A stretch of DNA of 64,000 nt from an uncultured Fibrobacterota bacterium (GTDB lineage Bacteria > Fibrobacterota > Chitinivibrionia > Chitinivibrionales > FEN-1185). The notes under the pieces are model-generated. The model did no database searches, had not been told where the DNA came from, and worked only from the letters and a program-made list of their open reading frames with translations. Each line of letters begins with the position of its first letter. The first letter of the stretch is position 1. Shown piece by piece: positions 51,645 through 60,726 of this stretch. The position numbers and the translations under genes are program-made. The stretch is taken from assembly GCA_963729895.1 (NCBI GenBank), contig CAVSQB010000028.1:192001-256000 (forward strand), read 5' to 3'.

Positions 51645-52550
51645 CTCCTACACAAATGCGTAACTTGCAAAGGAGGGCAGATCGACCAGCTTTTCTCCTC
51701 CTGAGTCAAGGCCTGTCTAGCCAAGCCAGACCTTGACTCAGCAGATATTCCATGGAAAAATGGCACGACTCAGTTGGGCGTCACGGGACGATGCTCTGAC
51801 GGAAAAGAAAAGATGATTCTACTACATGAGTTACATGTGTCTGTCCTGAAGGAGAAAGCTTTCGCTACTGATTGTCGCTGTAGGGACGCATCAGGTATTG
51901 GAATGGGGGTAGCAATTCAGGCTGCCCTTCTTATGGGTCAATGTTCCAAAGAAGAACGCGCCTGCAAAGCCCCCTTCTTTCTTTAGTGATGGCTGCTTAA
52001 GCCTATAGCCATTTGTGAAATTTGCAAATATCCAAAATAATGTTTTCGCAATGTCCGTATTATCATTTGTATTGCTTCGTAAGAGGACATTTTCTATTAA
52101 TGTCCCGCCTTGTCATTCCCATCTCAATGGCGGTAGGATTATGTCAATGTTTTGCCCAAAGTCGAAACTCTTGGTTGTCTTTGCGATTTGTCTTTTGGCG
52201 TTTTGGGGTTGCAACAAGAATCCAACGAAGCCGACGCTAGCTAACATACTTGCTACGATAGTGATGAAGGACATTCCCGCCGGAACGTTTACAATGGGAT
52301 CGGATAGTGCCGCTGATCATGGAGCACAACCACCTCATCAGGTCACGTTAAGCGCGTTTAAAATGTCGGAGACCGATGTGACGCAAGAGCAATATCGGGC
52401 GGTAATGGATACAAACCCGTCCTATTTTGATACGGGGGCGAGTTCATTGCTCAGGCCGGTAGAACAGGTAAGTTGGTACGATGCGGTCCGATTTTGCAAT
52501 GCCTTAAGTAACCTCTCTGGGTTAGATACTGTCTATAATAGTACGACGTT

Positions 52551-54377
52551 GAGCCTGTAGAAAAAGTCCCTTTCCCGCCACTTTTACCTGAAATTCCGGT
52601 CTTTTTTCCTTATATTATTTGTAAACTCAGCAGGAAGGAAGGCCGATGGCCCGCTACAAAGAGTATTCCTACGAACAAGGCAAGCTTATCCCCATCACGT
52701 TTCGCGAGCAGATCATTCCGGGCAGTTTCGAGTTCGCGTTGAGCGAGATCGTGGATAATGTGCTGGACCTTTCTGTTTTCGAGGGCCGGTTTACCAACGA
52801 CGAGACCGGTGCGCCCGCGTACGACCCGCGCGTGATGCTGAAGATTGTTCTCTACGCGTATTCCCGGGGCATCATGCACAGCCGGGACATAGCGCGCTGC
52901 TGCGAGGAGAACGTGATGTTCATGGCACTCTCGGCCGATACGAAGCCGCATTTTACGACGATTGCACATTTTATTTCGTCGATGCATGTGGAGATCACGC
53001 CGCTGTTCCGAGACATCCTGTTGTATTGCGCGGAGGAGGGATTGATCAGCCGGCAAATGTTTGCGATCGATGGCTGCAAGATGTCTTCGAACTGCGCCAA
53101 GGAGTGGAGCGGCACACTCGAGGATTTCGAGAAGCGGAAGAAGAAGATAGAGTACCAGGTTCGTTTTCTTTTGCGCAAGCACCGCGAGTGCGATGAGCGT
53201 GAACTTGGCGAGGACATACGGAAGAAGGAACGGAAGGCGATCAACCACCTTCGTTCGAAGGTGCGCAAGATCAACCGTTGGATGCGGAAAAACGAGGATA
53301 AGCGCGGGGCTAAGGGACAGGCGAAGAAGAGCAACATCACGGACAACGAGAGCGCGAAGATGCCGAGCTCACACGGCGTGATCCAGGGCTACAACGGCGC
53401 CGCGGCGGTTGATGAAAAGCGCCAGGTGATCGTTCATGCCGAGGCATTCAGCGAGGGGACGGACAACGCGCTTTTGAAGCCGATGATCGACGGTGTGCGG
53501 GAGAACTTTGAGGCCATAGGCGAGCCCGACATTTTTACTCAGGCGAAAGTGACTGCGGACAGCGGTTTTCATAGCGAAGCGAACATGCAGATGCTTGCGG
53601 AAGAAGGAGTGGACGGGTACGTTGCGGACAATAAATTCCGCAAGCGCGACCCGCAGTTTGCGGATGCGGACCGGCACAAAAATCCGATTGACCGCAACAA
53701 GACGCCGGTACGGTCAAAGCACTACTTTACCCCAAGTGATTTTATCCTGAATGAATCCGACGGCACGCTTACCTGCCCTGCAGGCAACAAGCTTTACGTG
53801 TTGAACAAGAACTATGTCGGGACGCGTGGCGAACACGGGATCGCCTATGCCGGGAGAAAAGCCGACTGCCTTGCATGTGAAATTCGGAAGAAATGTTTGC
53901 GGCTTGACCATACGGAGCGCAGACAGGTGGTGAAGTTCGATCAATCCGGCCCACGATCAACGGGGGCCTATACCAAACGGATGATCGAGAAATTCGACTC
54001 CGCCTTCGGCAGGTACATATACAGCAGGCGAATGGGCACGGTGGAACCGGTGTTCGCCAACATCTGCCGGACGCTCGGCCTCGATAGGATTACCGTGCGC
54101 ACCAGGACAAAGGCCGATACGCAATGGAAGCTGTACTCGATGGTGCACAACATTTTCAAGATTTACCGGTTCGGGCCTTCCTATGGGCATTAGCAAGAGC
54201 CCGGGGGCCGGCTTGTCCCTCACTATAGGGCGCACAAGGCCTCAGATTCACCTAAAAACGCCACTCGCCCCACAATTCTGAACCTGCATTCTTACCTTTC
54301 CGCACAAAGCGCGAATTGACTTGACAGAGAACAAGGGAAATCCGATTTTATTGAAAACAGGGTTTTTCTACAGGCTC
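52551..54377 (+). mobile_element. IS1182-family insertion sequence
   Basis: TIRs GAGCCTGTAGAAAAA / TTTTTCTACAGGCTC. GTT duplicated at 52548 and 54378. Confidence 0.92.
52646..54193 (+). CDS. IS1182-family transposase
   Basis: GAPAYDPRVMLK..LYAY, P.FTTIA.F, AIDGCK, N.TD.ES, ADSGF, Cys cluster, RR..TVEPVF. Confidence 0.93.
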   Translation: MARYKEYSYEQGKLIPITFREQIIPGSFEFALSEIVDNVLDLSVFEGRFTNDETGAPAYDPRVMLKIVLYAYSRGIMHSRDIARCCEENVMFMALSADTKPHFTTIAHFISSMHVEITPLFRDILLYCAEEGLISRQMFAIDGCKMSSNCAKEWSGTLEDFEKRKKKIEYQVRFLLRKHRECDERELGEDIRKKERKAINHLRSKVRKINRWMRKNEDKRGAKGQAKKSNITDNESAKMPSSHGVIQGYNGAAAVDEKRQVIVHAEAFSEGTDNALLKPMIDGVRENFEAIGEPDIFTQAKVTADSGFHSEANMQMLAEEGVDGYVADNKFRKRDPQFADADRHKNPIDRNKTPVRSKHYFTPSDFILNESDGTLTCPAGNKLYVLNKNYVGTRGEHGIAYAGRKADCLACEIRKKCLRLDHTERRQVVKFDQSGPRSTGAYTKRMIEKFDSAFGRYIYSRRMGTVEPVFANICRTLGLDRITVRTRTKADTQWKLYSMVHNIFKIYRFGPSYGH

Positions 54378-55103
54378 GTTAGATACCATTATTGATAGTA
54401 TGACATGGGCGGCGGATTTTACAAAAAGTGGATACCGTTTACCTACGGAAGCACAATGGGAATACGCCTGTCGAGCAGGGTCAACTACTGAATATTGGTG
54501 GGGGCCTGACACAAATAGGATGGGAGCGCGCACATGGTGGGGTTTTAACAGCGGGGGCACAACACACCCTGTCGCAACAAAGCTGCCAAACGCCTATGGA
54601 CTGTACGATATGACGGGGAATGTGTGGCAGTGGTGCAATGACCGGTATGGGGCTTACACGGCAGGAGCGGAAACAGACCCGACTGGTGCTTCAAGTGGTA
54701 CGTACCGCGTTTTGCGCGGGGGCTCGTGGTACGGCATCGGGGTCGTCAACGTCGTCGACTTCTGTTCCGCATACCGCAACGGCAGCGTCTTCATCTTCCC
54801 GGTCTACAGCTATTACATCATCGGGTTTCGCGTTGTGCTTCCTCAGTAGAACGCTTTTCTCTTTTACCCTTTTGCCCTCTTGAATCCGGGACGCGCAAGC
54901 GCCTCGGAATATTTTTCAAAATGAGTTTTTGTGGCGAAGCATTGCTTGGAGCCACTTTATATAGAATTTCAGCCTTTCCCCGAGTGTACACTTAGTGTAC
55001 ACTTTTTCGTAGCAATTGGTAGTATTTGGTAGCATGAAGGAATGAAGGCAGAAAACAAAAAAGCCCCCAAACTGCTTTAATTTTGCAAATTTGGGGACTT
55101 TTT

Positions 55104-55148
55104 TGGTACACCATTCAGGATTCGAACCTGAGACCTACTGATTAAGAG
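55104..55148 (-). tRNA. 3' fragment of tRNA-Lys(CTT), anticodon loop to CCA; att core of the integrative element, not a complete tRNA
   Basis: Minus strand CTCTTAATCAGTAGGTCTCAGGTTCGAATCCTGAATGGTGTACCA, with T-loop GGTTCGAATCC and CCA end. No 5' half. Lies 50 bp from the integrase stop; terminator-like hairpin at about 55057-55104. Confidence 0.85.
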
Positions 55149-55198
55149 AAAGTAGGTATCTCGAAAAAATCGCTTTTTTTATTCAAAATTCGCGGCTT

Positions 55199-56263
55199 TT
55201 AGCCAACTTCCGCCGAAATGTTTTCACACTTGTTTTCACATTGCCCCGGAAAACGTACCAAATTCAGAAGTTTTTCTTCCCGGAAGCCATAATAAACGCG
55301 CATCATATAATCCCCCCGTTTCCACCCGGCAAGCATATAAATCGCCGTGTCGGGCGTGCCTGCATTCCGTAGCGACGTTACCGCGCAATGTCTCAAAGAG
55401 TGAAAGACAAAGCCCGATATTCCCGCTTCCCTCAAAGCATGGTGCCAGGATTTTTTGAAGTCGCCCAGGGTGTGATACTTCCCGGCCTTATCGCGCCGGT
55501 AGAAAAGAAAATCCGTTTCCCTGGGCAATTGCCGGAAATAATCAAGCATATCCGGGGGAATTTTTTTAATACATGGTTCCCCGTTCTTTGTGATTGCGCC
55601 CGGCACCGTGATTGTATTCTTGAAAAGGTTCAAGTGTTCCCTTTTCATATTCACGATTTCGGAAATCCGGCAAGGGACGCGAAGCGCGAAATTAACCGCC
55701 GGTAGTAGGTGAGGGGCCACACGATCTAGGGCCGCAAGAAGCCGCGCCTGTTCATCCTGGGTAAGTATCCTGTCCTTTGCGGTTTCTTCCAATTTTGTAA
55801 ACCGCCCGCCTCGAAGCGGGTTTCCTTTCATCCGCCCGTGAAGCGCGGCAAAATTACAAGCCGCGCGCGCCCAGGCAAGGTAACGGTTTATTGTCCCGTT
55901 TGCAATCGGTTTCCCGGTTCGCTTGCCCTTCTCTGTTTTGAGCAATTGAAGGAAACGGTCAAACCGTTCGGAAAGGTCTTTCAAGGCAACCGCGCCCAGG
56001 TCGGCCCGCAACCGGTCAAACAGGGGCTTCGATTTCCCTATTTCGTGGCGTGCAATGTAGAAATCAAGTGCTTCGGCAAAGTTTTCAAAGAGCGTTCCGG
56101 CATTGTCCCGCGCTCGAAGCCCGGCCTTCATCTTTTCAAGTTCGGCTTTTGCTTCCTCGCGGTTTGCGCCGGTCAAGGTGTTTTGGTCCTGCACGATCTT
56201 CCCGTTAATGCGAAGCCGCGCACGAACCCTAAATACACCATCCCTCAAACGATCTATTCCCAT
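55199..56263 (-). CDS. Tyrosine recombinase / phage-type integrase
   Basis: TINRYLA, catalytic R (CRISEI), K (TKNG), HSLRH, then GW..MM..YY. Confidence 0.92.
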   Translation of the reverse strand: MGIDRLRDGVFRVRARLRINGKIVQDQNTLTGANREEAKAELEKMKAGLRARDNAGTLFENFAEALDFYIARHEIGKSKPLFDRLRADLGAVALKDLSERFDRFLQLLKTEKGKRTGKPIANGTINRYLAWARAACNFAALHGRMKGNPLRGGRFTKLEETAKDRILTQDEQARLLAALDRVAPHLLPAVNFALRVPCRISEIVNMKREHLNLFKNTITVPGAITKNGEPCIKKIPPDMLDYFRQLPRETDFLFYRRDKAGKYHTLGDFKKSWHHALREAGISGFVFHSLRHCAVTSLRNAGTPDTAIYMLAGWKRGDYMMRVYYGFREEKLLNLVRFPGQCENKCENISAEVG

Positions 56264-56332
56264 AAAGCATCCTTCCGCTTTGTGGGAACAGAATAGGCTT
56301 GTCCATAATATACCACCATTTTCTACCTTTTA

Positions 56333-56587
56333 CTACTCTTTACTTTTGGCAAGCAGGGTGCCGCCCAGAAGCCGCCGTTCGATCTCGCCGCGCCGGTAGC
56401 GTATACATCGCCCCATTCTCACCAATGGCAACCGGCCCGCGTCCGTGTGCTTTCGAACGAATTTTTCCGATACATTCAAGTATTCTGCCAGCTCGCGCGC
56501 CGTCAAAAAGTCGCTTCCCGCGTCCGGGCCTGCCGGGGCCGCGCTGCCATCACCCGTGGGCCGGGCCGTCGTTGTTTGTTCACTCAT
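56333..56587 (-). CDS. Excisionase-like HTH (HTH_17) protein
   Basis: FLTARELAEYLNVSEKFVRK...GRLPLVRMGRCIRY; AGGAG RBS; directly upstream of int. Confidence 0.85.
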   Translation of the reverse strand: MSEQTTTARPTGDGSAAPAGPDAGSDFLTARELAEYLNVSEKFVRKHTDAGRLPLVRMGRCIRYRRGEIERRLLGGTLLAKSKE

Positions 56588-56693
56588 GTTATTCACTCCT
56601 TTCCGTTTCGTTTCCGTCTTGCCTGGAAAGCGCCGCGCCGACGCTGGAGACGTAGCTGCAATAATGCCGCTGGAGTGCGCCGTAGCCGTCGCT

Positions 56694-57419
56694 TCATGCC
56701 ATCACCGCTCCTGCCACACAATAATGTGTCTCATCCTTGCCACACACATGAGTTATTATGGGTTGTGGTAGCACCCACGGAAGGAATGTGTAGCCATTTG
56801 CGTGCTTGCTAAAGGTCCCGCGCTCTCCATGCGTGATTCTTAGGAGTCCTTCGGCTTCAAGTTTATTGAGTGCTCTTAGAATGTCCTTGGGGTCAAGTCT
56901 CGCGCGGTATTCATCCAAAAGACGCGCCTGCAAAGTCCTCAGCCCGATGTATATAATTTTTCGTGCGTTCTCCTTCTGGATTTTGGAAAGGATTTTCAAT
57001 AAACAGGACATAAGGTATCCGTGTGGTTCGCACTCTCTCAGGAGAAAACTTTCTGCTTCAATTATTGAAAACGGCAATTCAATATTTTCTTGGTACGCCA
57101 CACGCTTGAAACTGCACCCGGCGTCTGGGTGTAAGCAGTAATCGTTGAGTGCCTTGCATGATAGATTGCACTCGTTTTTGAAAAACCATTCAACGTAATC
57201 GCATAATTGCCGCTTGGCTTCACCTTCTGTAAACTTGCGGTAATTTTTGTGATTCCATTCCATGAGTGCTTGCTTTATTTCGCATTTCTCAACCTTGAGC
57301 CTATTCAACTCGTAGATGATTGCATGGCGCATCTTGCGAAAATGGTCTTTATCTTGCGCGCCTTTCTCAAAAGCAAGCCTTACACATGGGCGCATCCGGC
57401 CTAATTGATTTTCGGGCAT
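56694..57419 (-). CDS. Putative replication protein: primase-CTD-like Cys cluster + winged HTH
   Basis: RPCV...EWN..N....E......Y......C.LSC..L..YC......C, then GLRTL...ILRALNKLEAEGLL....G......NGY. Confidence 0.55.
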   Translation of the reverse strand: MPENQLGRMRPCVRLAFEKGAQDKDHFRKMRHAIIYELNRLKVEKCEIKQALMEWNHKNYRKFTEGEAKRQLCDYVEWFFKNECNLSCKALNDYCLHPDAGCSFKRVAYQENIELPFSIIEAESFLLRECEPHGYLMSCLLKILSKIQKENARKIIYIGLRTLQARLLDEYRARLDPKDILRALNKLEAEGLLRITHGERGTFSKHANGYTFLPWVLPQPIITHVCGKDETHYCVAGAVMA

Positions 57420-57438
57420 ACTGCATTTCCTGAGGCGC

Positions 57439-57654
57439 TTATATTTCTTTTTGTGCCGTCTGTTGTTTTGCTTCTTCTTCCCACCTCTGAAAAACAAACC
57501 GCACAAGCCGCTCGTAATTGTCATTCAAGAACCAATACCCGTTGACCGCGCCGGAAAGCCGCTGATATGGTATACCCGTTGCCCGGCAAAGGTCTGAAAT
57601 AGTTTTTCCTTGCAATCGGCATTTTTCTTTGATGTCAATTCTAACGTCTGGCAT
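57439..57654 (-). CDS. Cro/XRE-like HTH regulator
   Basis: GKTISDLCRATGIPYQRLSGAVNG; AGGAG RBS. Confidence 0.75.
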   Translation of the reverse strand: MPDVRIDIKEKCRLQGKTISDLCRATGIPYQRLSGAVNGYWFLNDNYERLVRFVFQRWEEEAKQQTAQKEI

Positions 57655-57813
57655 GTTGTTTCTCCTTGTTATAGTGCCGCTGCATTTGATACAAAAGATA
57701 CCGCATTTGTTGATTTTGGGAAATAGAGATCAAATGAAAAGCCCACTTTTCATAGAGAAAAGAGGGCCAACAAACCCGATTTCTTCGGGTTTCTTCGGTT
57801 TTCTTCGGAGACG

Positions 57814-59094
57814 TTAAGAGGGGGTAAGGGGCGGTTTCTTTTTCTTGTGTCCTTTTGGTTGAAGACTATTGTGGAGCCTTTCTTTGTCTGCTCTCTTAAA
57901 ATACCACATTCCGCAAATAGATTTTATTGCTCCGCACCATAGGGAATTATTCCTTTCAAGCCTGTTTGTTATAGTTCCCGGATCACAAGGTATTTCGTCC
58001 GCAATGGCCTGAAGGGAAGGCATTTGAACAAAACCCTTTGCAGGCACTATTGAATCACCGCCCCTATTTTGCGCCGTTTCCTGCTTGCCGTCCCCCGGCT
58101 CCGGCGCTTCCATCGTTCCCGGTTTCAATTGTGTCGCTTCTATCTTCCCGTCCAAGCTCTCCAACTTTTCAAACAACCTTTTCGATATTGCGTCGCGCTC
58201 TTCTTGCTTTCGGCTCTCCATTATTTCCTTGATGCTTGCGAATATGGTTCCATCGTTGAAAAGCTCAATTCCCGCTTTCTGTGCCTTCCTCTTAAGCAGG
58301 TCTTGAAAACCATACACGTTTTGAAGGATTTTCAAGTCTTCATTTCCTAATCCAAGCGCACCAATACATGCCTTCCGAATTACCGCTGCCAGGATAAGGG
58401 TAATTTCATTAGTACATCGTACAACGTTGAAGGACTTTCCGTAAATTGTTTTTTCTGTTAATGTCGAAATGTCAATGCCGCAGTCTTTCAAGGCTTCCAA
58501 GAAATCCAAATGGTGCGGCATGAACGGTATGCAGATAGCATCAAGCATAGACATTTCGTCTATTGTCCCAACCTCTGGAATCTCTGGGGTATCTTTCAAA
58601 ATCAGAAATGTGCGTAGCGCCTCATTCCTTTCAAAAGCATAAGGTAATACCCTCTTGCCCTTCGCCAACAACCATTCTGCAGGCTTATCGCAATCCCACA
58701 AAATTTCCTCATTAATGGAGCTTGATACGTCTACGGCGCGTTCGGCTTGGATGTTCAAATAATCAAGAATGGCATGGTCTGTTCGCAATATGTCAAGTAT
58801 TGGTCTAAATTCTTCCGGTGAAATCGTTACGTCGTCCGGTGATTGATTGGGCTTAAGGTAGCCTGCGTGCGGGTACTTTGGGGTATGGTTTATCGGTTTG
58901 TCAGGCTGTTCTATTATGCCGGGCAGGAGATTGGTTCCTAGCCGCTTCTGCGTTATACACCATTGCGTTTCAACAACTGCGAAAAACCTTTTCAAGTTTT
59001 CTTTGGTTGCAGGCGAAAGGCCGGGCGTGGAAACCGGTTTTCCTCCGCTTGAGAGAATCCTTATGAAGTCTTCTTTTGTAATTTCCTCTTGCAT
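57814..59094 (-). CDS. Hypothetical protein with a C-terminal HTH-like domain
   Basis: 426-aa ORF; C-terminal SLQAIADEIPCDPGTITNRL...G.WY. Confidence 0.65.
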   Translation of the reverse strand: MQEEITKEDFIRILSSGGKPVSTPGLSPATKENLKRFFAVVETQWCITQKRLGTNLLPGIIEQPDKPINHTPKYPHAGYLKPNQSPDDVTISPEEFRPILDILRTDHAILDYLNIQAERAVDVSSSINEEILWDCDKPAEWLLAKGKRVLPYAFERNEALRTFLILKDTPEIPEVGTIDEMSMLDAICIPFMPHHLDFLEALKDCGIDISTLTEKTIYGKSFNVVRCTNEITLILAAVIRKACIGALGLGNEDLKILQNVYGFQDLLKRKAQKAGIELFNDGTIFASIKEIMESRKQEERDAISKRLFEKLESLDGKIEATQLKPGTMEAPEPGDGKQETAQNRGGDSIVPAKGFVQMPSLQAIADEIPCDPGTITNRLERNNSLWCGAIKSICGMWYFKRADKERLHNSLQPKGHKKKKPPLTPS

Positions 59095-59125
59095 CCTTGC
59101 CCCCTTCCGGGCGTTCCGCTTTTAG

Positions 59126-59196
59126 TGGGAAAGGAAGGCGCGCAGCGGAAGGGTGCGCGCCGTATCATCGCAGGTAGCTACCCCGCGACTATCCCA
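59126..59196 (-). ncRNA. Putative three-stem C4/CI-like antisense RNA
   Basis: Closing stem TGGGAAAG/CTATCCCA, hairpin GGCGCGCA-9 nt-TGCGCGCC and hairpin TCGCAGGTAGCTACCCCGCGA. The loop is complementary to motifs upstream of int and of ORF 59094. Confidence 0.5.
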
Positions 59197-59247
59197 TTTA
59201 AAAAATCTCTTTTGGATAAATTACAATTTGCATCATGCGAAAAACGG

Positions 59248-60603
59248 CTATCTTACCAATGAAATCCGTTTTGATTGTATACCCGCGCCCGTTTGCATTT
59301 GAACAAAATAAAAACCGGATGCAGTATTCCGGGTATCCCATGTTGCGCAGTGCGCGCCTGATTCAAGATTCTTGTTGACAAGAGATGATACTTCATGGCC
59401 TGATAGATTATAAATCTTGACGCTTACCTGATCTGAATGAGGAAGAGAGAATTTAAAGGTGAGGAAACGGTTCACATCTCGTATGGTAAGATTTTCTTGT
59501 TGTACCATTATTCGTTGCGATTTAGGATTAATTACCCCTTCCATTTCTGAAAGCGGCCTTCGCCAAAGCGCGCCGTCCATAGTCACGGCAAAAATATTGC
59601 TGTCGCCCACTGAAAGAGACAAGACATACAAATTCGTCAAGCCAGAATTGGCCGCAGTCCAGTTTGTGCCGTTGTTGGTGGAAAGAAAAACACCGCCGCC
59701 CTCAGTACCGGCAAAAATAGTGCCGCTGCTCACGGCAAGCGAAAAGACCTGAGTATTCGTGAGAAGTCCGTTAGTATACGTGAGTCCATTATTAACCGCC
59801 TTCCAGCTTGCACCTTTATTGGTGGAGAGAAAGATACCTTGGCCATCAGTCCCTGCAAAAATGTTGTTGTCCTTTACGGCAAGAGAGTAGACTTTACTAT
59901 TTGCAAGACCGGAATCATTGGCTGCCTTCCAGCCGCCACCACTCGCTAGATTGCCGAAGGTAGACAAAAAAACGCCACCCTGAGTACCGGCAAAGATTGT
60001 GTCGCTACTTGCGGCAAAAGACATAACCTCGTAAAGAATCGGGGAATAATTGCTTCCCGAGTTAGTTGGAAATCCTTCATTGATTGGAAACCAATTGACT
60101 CCGTTGTCAGTAGATAAACAGATTCCGCCAAGATAGGTCTCAGCAAAGATTGCGCTATCACATATAGCAAGAAGGTTAATAGTGCTCCAGCTTCCTTGCA
60201 TCAAATATTGTGTTAGACCGTTATTAACAGCCTTCCAGCTTGTTCCATTATTCGCGGAAATGTATACACCGTATTCATCTGTTCCCGCGAAAATATTATT
60301 TCCGCTCACGGTAAAACGATTCACTACACAAGAATAATTACTGGCAGTTGCCGGAAGGCCGAAATTTGCAGCAGTCCAGCTTGCTCCATTATTGGTTGAC
60401 AAAAAGACACCGCTATCTATCCCCACAAACATATTGTTTCCAGTAACTGCAAACGCACTAACGCCTGATGGCAAACTGATGTCGAAATTTCTACAGCCAC
60501 CCCCGAATGGCACATTTATTTTGACCCATTGCCCACTTGCTGTATGCGTAAATAGAACCAGCGACCCAATACCAACGATAAGATTCTTCAAAATGCTTTT
60601 CAT
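59248..60603 (-). CDS. Secreted BNR/beta-propeller repeat protein with a T9SS/FlgD-like C-terminal domain
   Basis: Signal peptide; repeated IFAGT..GVFLSTNNG..W.A.N.GL; C-terminal KIYNLSG.EV..L....SGFYF. Confidence 0.85.
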   Translation of the reverse strand: MKSILKNLIVGIGSLVLFTHTASGQWVKINVPFGGGCRNFDISLPSGVSAFAVTGNNMFVGIDSGVFLSTNNGASWTAANFGLPATASNYSCVVNRFTVSGNNIFAGTDEYGVYISANNGTSWKAVNNGLTQYLMQGSWSTINLLAICDSAIFAETYLGGICLSTDNGVNWFPINEGFPTNSGSNYSPILYEVMSFAASSDTIFAGTQGGVFLSTFGNLASGGGWKAANDSGLANSKVYSLAVKDNNIFAGTDGQGIFLSTNKGASWKAVNNGLTYTNGLLTNTQVFSLAVSSGTIFAGTEGGGVFLSTNNGTNWTAANSGLTNLYVLSLSVGDSNIFAVTMDGALWRRPLSEMEGVINPKSQRIMVQQENLTIRDVNRFLTFKFSLPHSDQVSVKIYNLSGHEVSSLVNKNLESGAHCATWDTRNTASGFYFVQMQTGAGIQSKRISLVR

Positions 60604-60726
60604 AGGTGCCCCTTTCATGGTTGATTGCATATCAAAAATCACCATGATGATTTCCCGCCAAACAAGAAAAAGGGACGCGACTCTCATTCCGGCCTGTTCT
60701 GCGGCAAAGGATGCTTTCTTCACAAA

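Larger units (their letters stand above)
52141..54849 (+). pseudogene. FGE-sulfatase (SUMF1/CLec-fold) lipoprotein gene split by an IS1182-family element; 3' end resembles a DGR variable region
   Basis: 5' part: FWGC lipobox, IPAGTFTMG, PVEQVSWYDA. 3' part: GYRLPTEAQWEYACRAG, PNAYGLYDMTGNVWQW, RVLRGGSW..GFRVV. Removing 52551-54380 restores the frame (STTLDTIIDSMTW). Confidence 0.88.
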
